Assembly (NCBI GenBank): GCA_016928395.1
Contig: JAFGKV010000045.1
Location: 1-34,141, forward strand
Source: Candidatus Fermentibacterota bacterium
GTDB taxonomy: Bacteria; JAFGKV01
DNA: 34,141 nt
Direction: 5' to 3'
How positions within the stretch are numbered: position 1 is the first letter of the stretch; each line of letters begins with the position of its first letter. Of the stretch, positions 1 through 7,994 are shown in pieces. The notes under the pieces are model-generated. The model saw nothing but the letters and a program-made list of their open reading frames with translations. It was not told the origin of the DNA and made no database searches. The position numbers and the translations under genes are program-made.

Positions 1-16
1 CTATCGGAGCCGCAGC

Positions 17-55
17 TCCGAGTACGAGTATTCCGAGTACGAGTATGAGTACGAG
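17..55. repeat. Short tandem GAGTAC/GAGTAT hexamer repeats
   Basis: tccgagtacgagtattccgagtacgagtatgagtacgag read directly from the sequence. Confidence 0.7.
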
Positions 56-187
56 GTCAGGATGTACTCTCAAACAAGTCGGGCCTCGAAGGCGCGGGGT
101 ACACTCAGATTTTCCAAGGGTGAGAGTATGCGGCGCAGCGGGCGGGCACAGAGTCCAGGGCAGAGCTCTGCGAGGAACCGTTGCCTC

Positions 188-213
188 GTAGGGGCGATCG
201 TCCCTGGTCGCCC
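188..213 (+). repeat. GTAG-type REP-like palindrome
   Basis: GTAG followed by stem GGGCGATC...GGTCGCCC, the layout of GTAG-family REPs. Confidence 0.55.
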
Positions 214-219
214 GCCAGT

Positions 220-352
220 GGCTCGGGGTCGGTATCGCTATCGTTGTCGTAATCGCAGTCGACTCGCCGGGCAGTCGAGCATGAGCACGACTTTGCGGGT
301 TCTCTCAAACAAGTGGGGGCCCCGGGCCCGCCCGGACGATACACGGCGTACC
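220..352 (+). repeat. Copy 1 of a degenerate ~140 bp direct repeat (copy 2 at 633-779)
   Basis: Shared blocks in the same order: GGCTCGGGGTCGrTATCGCTATCG, CTCTCAmACAAG, CCGGGCCsGsCCGGACGATmCAyGGCGTACC. Confidence 0.65.
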
Positions 353-367
353 TTCCACCCCTCCCCC

Positions 368-449
368 GTCATTGCCCGACTTGATCGGGCAATCCAGGCC
401 AAAGCGTCTGCACCGAGTTCAGGATCACCCGGTCAAGCCGGGTGATGAC
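368..449. repeat. RPE/REP-like paired palindromic element
   Basis: GTCATTGCCCGACTTGATCGGGCAATCC...GGATCACCCGGTCAAGCCGGGTGATGAC: two inverted units, each itself a hairpin; resembles the GTCAT..CTTGA..ATCC palindromic elements of Alphaproteobacteria. Confidence 0.75.
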
Positions 450-472
450 ATTCGTGCTCCTCACCACACCCG

Positions 473-498
473 CTCGTTCCATGCCCTGGGTGGGAACG
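473..498. repeat. Degenerate REP-like palindrome (CTCGTTCC...GGGAACG type)
   Basis: CTCGTTCCATGCCCTGGGTGGGAACG; CGTTCC/GGAACG arms. Confidence 0.4.
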
Positions 499-632
499 CC
501 TCGCCGCCGTTTCGCGGTGAGGGTGGGCGCCGGCTCCTTCCCGCAGCGTTGGATGCTGGGGCGGCTTTGCGTGAAGTTACAGCTCAGTCGTTTCTCCGCG
601 GCCTCTCCTCACTCTGTTGCCGACTGCCTACC

Positions 633-779
633 GGCTCGGGGTCGATATCGCTATCGGCGTCGATTACTCGCCCATTCGACTGCGAAGCTGACTGCGAGAG
701 CGATCGCCACGAGATCGCATGATCGCCTGCTCTCACACAAGGGAAGGCCGGGCCGGGCCGGACGATCCATGGCGTACCC
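633..779 (+). repeat. Copy 2 of the degenerate direct repeat (copy 1 at 220-352)
   Basis: Same ordered blocks as 220-352. Confidence 0.65.
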
Positions 780-950
780 TCCGGTCCTGCAGCGTGAAGT
801 CGCAGCGTAGTGCCGGCAACCGTTCCTGACGCCGCACTTTGCCCTGTCTTGGATCCCGCGAGCCCCACTCGGTACGCCGAATGGCTGGCGAATAATGCGC
901 CAGGCCTCCCTCCGGTTTCCTGAAACCACAGAGTCGCCGTGCCGACCGCC

Positions 951-2378
951 TCACTCTTCCCGCGAAACGATGAACTGGGGACCGTGCGGTATGGAGCACA
1001 TCACGCACCGGGGAGCGTATGCCGCGGCGCCGTAGCCGCGCATACCGCCGGAGGCATTGCGCACCTGTGCAAATCCCCGCTGCAGCAGCAGGCTTGCCGC
1101 CATACTGGAACGCTGGCCCGTGCTGCAGACAGTGATGAGGGGACGATCCAGCGGCAATTCCCGATGCCTGGTACGAAGGTCGGCCGCAGGGATATTCACG
1201 GCACTTCGAATGTGTGACTGGCCGAACTCCTTGGCGCCGCGCACATCCACGATCACCCGGTTGCCTTCATCGAGCACGCGGTCGTGAAGTTCCTGAGACG
1301 AGAGCTGAGGTACATGGGCAGTCGGCAGTCCGTCGGCCGTCCACTCAAACATGCCCCCATCCAGATAGCCGACCACGCGGTCATGCCCTACCTTCTGCAG
1401 CCAGAGCACGGCATCCTCCACCGCCATCTCGTCATCGGCCACCAGCAGGATATCGCTGCCCGGCGGCACGATCCACCCGGCAAAGATGGGGAAGTTCCCA
1501 CCCAGAGGGAGGCTCAAGGCGCCCGGAACATGCTGGCCGCCAAAGGCATCGTAGTCACGAGTATCGACAACCACGGTAGTGCCCAAAGCGGCTGCCTCGT
1601 TGAACGTCTTCGGGTCCATCGGAACCGGGGACGCCAGTGCAGCCACGAGAACCGGCCCCTGCCTGTTCACCTCGCTGCACCTGCTGAAGTGATCGGGCAC
1701 CTCGGGCATGTCGGTGGTCAGAGCTCGCACGAACTCGTCGCGATTGGTGATCTGAAGAGCCCCATTGTGGTGACGCTCATACCCGATGGTGCTGTGCCGC
1801 TTTGACGACATGGAACGCCCGCACAACGATCCGGCGCCATGAGCCGGATACACCTCACAGTAATCAGGGAGAAGGAGCAGCTTCTCATGGAGACTGGCAT
1901 GAAGCGCCTCGGCGAGCTCCGTGGCCCGGGACGGGAAGAGATCGGGACGGCCAACATCGCCGACAAACAGGGCATCGCCGGTGAACACCCCCACCGGGTC
2001 TTCTGATCTCGAACCGTCTCGGAGTACGAAGCATACATGCTCGGGGGTGTGCCCGGGCGTCTCCATCACCTCCAGAGTCATATGCTCAAGGGTAAGCAGA
2101 TCCCCATGGCCGACTCCGACATGGGGAAACGCACAGCCCGCTGACCGGGAGGCATAGATGGCAGCACCGGTCTCCTCCGCCAAGTCGCGATGGCCGGAGA
2201 CAAAATCGGCGTGCAGATGGGTCTGGAGCACGTGGGTGATCCGAACGCCGAGTTCCCTGGCTGCATCCAGGTAGATGCCAGTATCGCGCTCCGGATCGAT
2301 AACGGCGCAGGCGTCAGAGCCCGCCAAGAGATACGAGCTATGGGCGATCTTCTGCACGAAGAAGTGCCGTAGCAGCAT
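951..2378 (-). CDS. MBL-fold metallo-hydrolase with two rhodanese domains (persulfide dioxygenase/sulfurtransferase fusion, CstB/Blh-like)
   Basis: THLHADFVSGH, TPGHTPEH, FTGDALFVGDVGRPDL, YPAHGAGSLCG; rhodanese segments VVDTR..HVPGA and IVDVR..HIRSA..CSTGQRS; GGAGG RBS before ATG. Confidence 0.92.
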   Translation of the reverse strand: MLLRHFFVQKIAHSSYLLAGSDACAVIDPERDTGIYLDAARELGVRITHVLQTHLHADFVSGHRDLAEETGAAIYASRSAGCAFPHVGVGHGDLLTLEHMTLEVMETPGHTPEHVCFVLRDGSRSEDPVGVFTGDALFVGDVGRPDLFPSRATELAEALHASLHEKLLLLPDYCEVYPAHGAGSLCGRSMSSKRHSTIGYERHHNGALQITNRDEFVRALTTDMPEVPDHFSRCSEVNRQGPVLVAALASPVPMDPKTFNEAAALGTTVVVDTRDYDAFGGQHVPGALSLPLGGNFPIFAGWIVPPGSDILLVADDEMAVEDAVLWLQKVGHDRVVGYLDGGMFEWTADGLPTAHVPQLSSQELHDRVLDEGNRVIVDVRGAKEFGQSHIRSAVNIPAADLRTRHRELPLDRPLITVCSTGQRSSMAASLLLQRGFAQVRNASGGMRGYGAAAYAPRCVMCSIPHGPQFIVSREE

Positions 2379-2768
2379 GAGAACCTCCGTGGGGGAAGGA
2401 CTGAAGTAGCGGCCTTAGGTCGGTACCAGTGATCATGACGAAGCCTTCACTGGCAGCAGACCCATGGGCATCCTGCTTGAGACAGAGCAGAGTACGGTGT
2501 CACGAGTCAACACACACCCGCTCGGTCCCCGCTGTCCATGTCCAGTGCGAGAGACCGAGACCGGGGCCGCGCGGCCATTCCACTATGGGGACAGCGTCGT
2601 CTCCAGGTCGGCATCGTGGATGCGGTGCCCAACAAGGAATCTCAGCAGGAGTGCGCGTTGGGTGGGCTGGGCGGGGTCACATCGGGGTAGGTCGCCGTCA
2701 AGGGAATGCACTGCCTCGAACCGACTGCCGCGCCGCTGAGGAAACGGTGGCGCCCCTCCTCCGTTCTG

Positions 2769-3488
2769 TCAGGCAGACTCCGGAATCTGGACACGCGAAA
2801 GCACGAGGTCGGCGGCCTTCTTGAACGCGAAATGGAGCTGGCCCAGGCCTGCCTGGCCCTTGGCCACAGCGCCAAGGAGCAGCAACGGGCCAATGCTCCT
2901 GGCCGCGACCCACGCACCTTCGCCGCCCCAGTAAATCTGTTCCCAAGCCGTATCGGCGCCTTTCCATATCTTGACGCAGGTCCGAAGGGCGGCATACTCT
3001 GCGGTTCCCTCGGCGGGGGGTGCGGGCCACGCCGCCAGGATTCGGGCGTCCTTGTCCACCAACCATGCGACCTTGAGCGCAACTGCGGCCCCCGTCATGC
3101 AGCCGGTGAGGAGGTCTGCCAATGCCGCCTCATCGCCCAATTGCTCCCGCCAGCGCCGTTGGTGATCGGCCTCGGCCTTGGCTCGCTCATCCATGCGTCG
3201 AAGACCTTCCAGGAGAAGGTGCTGGACATCCTTCTTTATCGTGGTGACATCGCTCATTCTGCCCTTGTCAAAGCTGAACTTCCCTTCCACCCACTCCAGC
3301 AGGTCGTAGATCACCCCTTCCCCCTTGAGATCCCCAGCCTCTGCGTGAACAATCGTCCCATTATGGTAATACACCACGGCCTCGCGGTCTCCGTTGGAGA
3401 ACGCAAGTGAACCGGTGAGTCGCCCGATCAACGGTATCTGCAGTAGGTCGGGAACGCTGAGATCGCCCAGTGTGCCTTTCAACGACAT
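2769..3488 (-). CDS. DUF4388 (PatA-N-like) domain fused to a C-terminal roadblock/LC7-like domain
   Basis: N-terminus LKGTLGDLSVPDLLQ..TGSL..NGTIVHAE..LLEWVEGKFSF..LLLEGLRRMDE is typical of DUF4388; C-terminus AWLVDKDARIL..GLGQLHFAFKKAADLV follows the roadblock pattern; start moved to ATG 3488 behind GGAGGT. Confidence 0.8.
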   Translation of the reverse strand: MSLKGTLGDLSVPDLLQIPLIGRLTGSLAFSNGDREAVVYYHNGTIVHAEAGDLKGEGVIYDLLEWVEGKFSFDKGRMSDVTTIKKDVQHLLLEGLRRMDERAKAEADHQRRWREQLGDEAALADLLTGCMTGAAVALKVAWLVDKDARILAAWPAPPAEGTAEYAALRTCVKIWKGADTAWEQIYWGGEGAWVAARSIGPLLLLGAVAKGQAGLGQLHFAFKKAADLVLSRVQIPESA

Positions 3489-3504
3489 GCCATCACCTCC
3501 CCCT

Positions 3505-4083
3505 TCACTCAAAACGAGAGAGGACTTCCTTCATAACCGTGCGGACGGTGTCCAGGACTCCGGCTCCCTGTGTAGCAACCGATGCAAACCTCGGCCAGGA
3601 ATCCGCCCTGAGATCGGCGTCGAGATCCTCGACCGTCAGGATTCCATCCATATCCCTCTTATTATACTGCAGTACCACTGGCACCGGGCCCGGCTGCAGC
3701 CCGTAGGAGGCCATGTTCTCCAGCATGCCACGGAGGCTCTCCACGTTGTCGGGCCTTCGCGACGCCTGCGAGTCAGCCACGAACACAACCCCGTCGGCTC
3801 CCGATAGCACAATCCGGCGACTCGCCTCGTAGTACACCTGACCAGGCACGGTGTAGAGATGGAACCTTGTCTTGAATCCCTGGATCTCTCCCAACTCCAG
3901 CGGGAAAAAATCAAAGAACAGAGTCCGCTCCTGCTCCGTATCAAGGGTGATCAACTGCCCCTTCCGGTCATCTGTGAGACGCGAGTACATGTAGACAAGA
4001 TTCGTAGTCTTCCCGCTCATACCGGGCCCATAGTATACGATCTTAAAGTTGATCTCCCGAGTCGCAAAGTTGATGGTTGACAC
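3505..4083 (-). CDS. mglA: MglA-family small Ras-like GTPase
   Basis: INFATREINFKIVYYGPGMSGKTTNL, ERTLFFDF, YTVPGQVYY, QYNKRD. Confidence 0.95.
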   Translation of the reverse strand: MSTINFATREINFKIVYYGPGMSGKTTNLVYMYSRLTDDRKGQLITLDTEQERTLFFDFFPLELGEIQGFKTRFHLYTVPGQVYYEASRRIVLSGADGVVFVADSQASRRPDNVESLRGMLENMASYGLQPGPVPVVLQYNKRDMDGILTVEDLDADLRADSWPRFASVATQGAGVLDTVRTVMKEVLSRFE

Positions 4084-4571
4084 TACTCGCTGAATATTCT
4101 GTCAATAAGGCTTGAGGCAAATTCCTTGAACTGCGCCACGATGAGTTCCTCACGATCTGTTCGCTCGCGAGACACGCTCATAAGCGCTGCGAGCCCATCT
4201 GCGGCACGCTTGGCGTGAAGACGCACGAGCCCGATACGCTGGGAGTCCTCGAACACCGCTATGAGCATGGCTGTACCGGCCACCAAAGAGATATGCACAT
4301 GCCGTGATGCGCCTTGCTGGAACAAGATGGAAAATTCCTTCTCACCGATGAGTGCGGCAACCTGTCTCGTTGCGGCAAATGAGCCCGCTACCAGGGTCGC
4401 AAGGGCCGTAATATTCAGAAAGGAGGTTGTGCCACGAGCCGAAATGGTGTGGCCGTCCTTGGTGATAAGTATGGCACACAGCGACCCACTCTTTTCTATC
4501 AACGTATCAAGAACATCTTCAATTCTCTCACGTTCATCAGACAACATGATAACTTTACTGAGAGGGCTCAT
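4083..4571 (-). CDS. mglB: MglB-family roadblock/LC7 protein (GAP for MglA)
   Basis: LITKDGHTI..ALATLVAGSFAATRQVAALIGEKEFSILFQQG..IGLVRL and a C-terminal helix (IDRIFSE); stop overlaps the mglA start. Confidence 0.9.
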   Translation of the reverse strand: MSPLSKVIMLSDERERIEDVLDTLIEKSGSLCAILITKDGHTISARGTTSFLNITALATLVAGSFAATRQVAALIGEKEFSILFQQGASRHVHISLVAGTAMLIAVFEDSQRIGLVRLHAKRAADGLAALMSVSRERTDREELIVAQFKEFASSLIDRIFSE

Positions 4572-4590
4572 TCCTTCTCCTGCCGTTGGA

Positions 4591-5613
4591 TTACTTCATG
4601 ACTCTCTTGAGCAACTCGAATGCATCATCAATTCGGTTTTTCTGCAGCAGTATTGACACATCTGCCAGGCTATCCATGAGCGAAGTGTCTCCGTCCTCCG
4701 CGGCTTTGTCGATCCCCATATCCAGAAGCGATTGAACCGCGTCGCGCATCTCTCCAATGGTGCGGGCGGCCGCCAACGCCACCCTAAGCCGTTCTCGCAG
4801 CTCGCCGCCCGCCCGATGGGCTCTTGGCGCCTCCCCGGCAGAGGTCACCCGATCCGACCACGCATCGAGGAGCAGCAGTACATCCCGATCGACAGCGGTT
4901 TCCACGAAGCTGAACCAGCCATCCGCTATGTCCTGGGCATGCCCCAGAGGATCCTTGCACCGGACACCGGAGGCATAGGCGGCAATGGGCTCTCCATCAC
5001 GAATCCATACAGTGAGTTGCTCCGCGGAGCTGTCTACCGGCTCGATGACCAAGCGCCCACTGCGGCGCTCGGCCTCCAGCATCGGCAGGATGACCCTGAT
5101 GCCCCCGCCTGGCAACGCCCCACTCAGGGCAAAGTTGGATCGGGAGGCAACCCTCACTCCTGCCCCACACTCAAGGAAGGAGCATAGCGCCTCCTCATCG
5201 TCGTAGGAACATGACCAGGCGCGAAGCGAGCGAAGAAGTTCGCGATTCACGAAGTCCGAGCCCTCACCCACAACGCACATGACCGCGGACACGCACAATG
5301 GGGAGGAGCGAAAGCCCACAAGCCACTCGACCGGGACTTCACCCAGCACGGCGCTATCCACCAGCAGTCCGTCGGCGTAGTGTCCCGTGAGCCAGCACTG
5401 GGCCTGGGAGAGACTCGACAGCCCCATGACCTCCACCGGCATGCGCCCCGAGACTCGCCCCGCAAGGTGCTGGGTCTTCTCCGGGCCTACGACCGCCAAT
5501 CGAAGGCCGCGTGCCTCTCGTTGCCGGCCGCCCACCAAGCGAATGCCCGCAGAATCCGGCGAAGGGCGATCGTCATGCAAAGTCTGCTGGTCCGGCGACG
5601 CGGTCATGAGCAT
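4591..5613 (-). CDS. Signalling protein with a degenerate receiver-like N-terminal region and a central DUF4388-like domain
   Basis: ALSGALPGGGIRVILPMLEAERRSGRLVI..VWIRDGEPIAA..DGWFSF resembles DUF4388; located inside the mgl operon; start uncertain (5607, 5613 or 5640). Confidence 0.6.
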   Translation of the reverse strand: MLMTASPDQQTLHDDRPSPDSAGIRLVGGRQREARGLRLAVVGPEKTQHLAGRVSGRMPVEVMGLSSLSQAQCWLTGHYADGLLVDSAVLGEVPVEWLVGFRSSPLCVSAVMCVVGEGSDFVNRELLRSLRAWSCSYDDEEALCSFLECGAGVRVASRSNFALSGALPGGGIRVILPMLEAERRSGRLVIEPVDSSAEQLTVWIRDGEPIAAYASGVRCKDPLGHAQDIADGWFSFVETAVDRDVLLLLDAWSDRVTSAGEAPRAHRAGGELRERLRVALAAARTIGEMRDAVQSLLDMGIDKAAEDGDTSLMDSLADVSILLQKNRIDDAFELLKRVMK

Positions 5614-5667
5614 ACCTGCCAACTCACCGGTACCGGCCAATGGCTACGCAGATCAACCGCCGCCTGA

Positions 5668-6018
5668 CTACAGCTCCGACGCCAACTGCTCGGCCGCCTT
5701 GCGAACGGCTATACGGATGGCGCCCAGATTTCCTCCGGTGGTGGCGGTGGCGGCCAGCATCGCTTGGTCACTCACGCCCTTCAAGAAAGCGACGCCCTGG
5801 TCAAATTCCATCATAGCCTGATTGAAGGCCCCCTGCTCCAAACCACTGCCCATCATCTCGGCGGTACCGAGCCCAGTAGAAATGATGGCGCCCACCGCTT
5901 CCACATCGACGCTCGAAGACGCGATGGCTTCTATCACAAACCCATCACGACTCACCAGAATTGCCGAGGTGATTCCCGGGGTCTTCCCCAATGTCTCCAA
6001 GGTGTCCTTCATTGCCAT
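5668..6018 (-). CDS. Stand-alone roadblock/LC7 domain protein
   Basis: LETLGKTPGITSAILVSRDGFVIE..QAMMEFDQG..NLGAIRIAVRKAAEQL; AAGGAG RBS. Confidence 0.9.
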   Translation of the reverse strand: MAMKDTLETLGKTPGITSAILVSRDGFVIEAIASSSVDVEAVGAIISTGLGTAEMMGSGLEQGAFNQAMMEFDQGVAFLKGVSDQAMLAATATTGGNLGAIRIAVRKAAEQLASEL

Positions 6019-6269
6019 CCCAAATTCTCCTTCCCAAGGAGAAGGCCCTCAGCCTTCCCCGCAGACGTCCTCGCGTCACGGCACTCCTGTCCAATGCCGG
6101 CAGAAAGGCTTTCAGAAGCCAACAGCGCGGTCAGGACTGGCGTGCCATGACGGCGATCCGGGATGGCCAGCGGACAAGCCAACCCAGATACCCGTGAAAA
6201 CAAGAACAAAATACTCACGCGTGGGAGGGCAAGGCAAGGCAAACCGCAATCCCACGCACAGACACACGG

Positions 6270-6285
6270 AGCATGGCCCGTGCCA
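6270..6285 (-). promoter_or_regulatory. Putative sigma54 (-24/-12) promoter for the roadblock/mgl operon
   Basis: Minus strand reads TGGCACGGGCCATGCT = GG-N10-GC. Confidence 0.6.
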
Positions 6286-6344
6286 TTCCTGAGAGAGCTC
6301 AGTGTGTTCGCGACGGTAATCCAGACCCTTGGTTCAGATGTCAA

Positions 6345-6360
6345 TGGCACAACAGTTGCA
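6345..6360 (+). promoter_or_regulatory. Putative sigma54 (-24/-12) promoter for the hydrogenase operon
   Basis: TGGCACAACAGTTGCA, near-consensus TGGCAC-N5-TTGCA. Confidence 0.78.
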
Positions 6361-6571
6361 GACTTCCTGCCACGAACAGCGCCATGACTCCACCATCGGC
6401 GTCTGAGTGCACCCAAAACACCGGCTCGTGGAATCGTAGCGGCGGGATGTTTGCCTCAGCCGTTCGCTGCGCTGCCTCCGCTCGGATGGACTGAATGCGT
6501 AGGGCATTTCCGAATGCCTGTATCGTTTTGAGACATACTTCTGGTTGTACGCCTGCTCAAGGAGGAAAACC

Positions 6572-7057
6572 ATGGCCGATGACAATGCTGCGATCCACCA
6601 GGTGTCACACTTTCTCGCCGCCCTCGCTCACGCCTGTGAGACAAACCTGGGCCGGAGCAGCCTGTCGCTCTCGGTTCTCGCCGGCAAGAAATTCGGCAGA
6701 GAGGCCGTGCAGGCTTCAGAGCAGACCACCGACCCGTTCAGGGCCGTGGAGATCCTGAGGGACGCCCTGACTGCCCGCGGCATCATGTGGGATTTCGCAC
6801 CCTTCGCGGGGGACAAGGGCACAGTCTTCGAGGAAGACGGAAAGAAGCGGATCCGGCTTGAGTTTCACACGTGCATGGTGCGCAACGCCCTGTTCAGGTA
6901 CGCTCATGACCAGAAACTGTCTCTCTGCTACATGTCCCATGGCGTGTTCGCCGGCGCCATGGAACGGGTCATGCCAAATACCACGGTCCATTTGGAGATC
7001 ATTCACGCTGGTCCCAATGCATGTCTGAAGGATCTGATCTGGGAGGATGCGTCATGA
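6572..7057 (+). CDS. V4R/MetOD-like Cys-containing domain protein, hydrogenase-associated
   Basis: AGKKFG helix, RLEFHTCMVR, LCYMSHGVFAGAM, EIIHAGPNAC; AAGGAGG RBS before ATG 6572; ATGA overlap with the next gene. Confidence 0.72.
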   Translation: MADDNAAIHQVSHFLAALAHACETNLGRSSLSLSVLAGKKFGREAVQASEQTTDPFRAVEILRDALTARGIMWDFAPFAGDKGTVFEEDGKKRIRLEFHTCMVRNALFRYAHDQKLSLCYMSHGVFAGAMERVMPNTTVHLEIIHAGPNACLKDLIWEDAS

Positions 7058-7977
7058 AGGTGACAATCTCCACAGAGTGGCTCTCCGGCTGCTCGGGATG
7101 CCATATCGCCCTGGTTGATCTCCACGAGAAGCTCCTTTCGCTTCTTGAAGAAGCGCAGATAGTCAGATCGCCCGTATTGATCGATGAGAAGGGGTATCCC
7201 CACGCCACGGTGGGCATTGTGGAAGGCGCCGTGCGGAGCGAGCATGACAAACATGCCCTGCTCAAGATGCGCGAGAGCGTCGACAAGCTGGTAGCATTCG
7301 GCACATGCGCCGTGTACGGCGGACCATCAGGCATAGGATGGCTGTATAGCCGGGATCAGGTGCTGGATGCGGCGTACGAGCAGGGGCCCACCAATGCGGG
7401 CGGCGAACGACCGGACGCGGAGGCCCCCGCTCTGGAGAACAGCGTCAGGCCCATCGATGAATACGTTGACGTCGACCTCTACCTCCCCGGGTGCCCGCCT
7501 CATCCGTTCTTCGTGGCGGCGGGGCTGAGGAAGCTGGCAGATGACTCCAGGCCGGGCTTGACCCATCGCTCCGTATGCGCCGATTGCGAGCGCAAGATGG
7601 AGAAACGGCAGGGGGTGCAGCTTCGTCCCGCGGCCGTCGCGGGAGACGATCCGGACCTCTGTTTTCTGTCGCAAGGGATCGTGTGTCTTGGATCAGTCAC
7701 GCTGAATCGTTGCATGGCACCGTGCCCCAAGATCGGCGTCGCATGCACCGGGTGTGCCGGTCCGGCGATAGACGTGCTGACCGATCCCCAAAGGGATCTC
7801 AGGAGTGAGCTAGCTTTACGCATGGAGAAACTATGCGGGATCCCCAGGAGCGAGATCATCGCCTATCTGGAGAAGAATGCCAACACCTTCTATGCCTATG
7901 CCATGAGCTCACCCGCTCTCTACAAGAAGCCGACGGTGGAGCTTCGAGAGTGGGCCGGTCCTTCGGCCGTAGCCTGA
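7054..7977 (+). CDS. mvhG: [NiFe]-hydrogenase small subunit, group 3c (MvhG-like), cytoplasmic
   Basis: WLSGCSGCH, VEGAVR, FGTCAVYGG, LPGCPP, VCADC, CFLSQGIVCLG..RCMAPCP..CTGCAGP; no Tat signal. Confidence 0.88.
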   Translation: MKVTISTEWLSGCSGCHIALVDLHEKLLSLLEEAQIVRSPVLIDEKGYPHATVGIVEGAVRSEHDKHALLKMRESVDKLVAFGTCAVYGGPSGIGWLYSRDQVLDAAYEQGPTNAGGERPDAEAPALENSVRPIDEYVDVDLYLPGCPPHPFFVAAGLRKLADDSRPGLTHRSVCADCERKMEKRQGVQLRPAAVAGDDPDLCFLSQGIVCLGSVTLNRCMAPCPKIGVACTGCAGPAIDVLTDPQRDLRSELALRMEKLCGIPRSEIIAYLEKNANTFYAYAMSSPALYKKPTVELREWAGPSAVA

Positions 7978-7994
7978 ACACGAGGAGCAGACCT

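Noticed and set aside
1-800. CRISPR array or protein-coding genes in the repeat-rich start of the window
   Set aside because: No identical repeats with regular unique spacers and no cas genes; the ORFs are low-complexity translations of the repeats with no recognisable motif.
2379-2768. Small gene or promoter in the gap between the MBL gene and the mgl operon
   Set aside because: The short ORFs have no RBS or motif, and the TTGACT on the minus strand has no properly spaced -10.
6132-6147. Third sigma54-like site on the minus strand (TGGCACGCCAGTCCTG)
   Set aside because: The -24 element is good but the -12 GC is missing.
6235-6265. c-di-GMP-I riboswitch-like GGCAAACC
   Set aside because: No GNRA-capped P2 stem or GGxCGCAAAGC continuation, and it lies upstream of the predicted plus-strand promoter.
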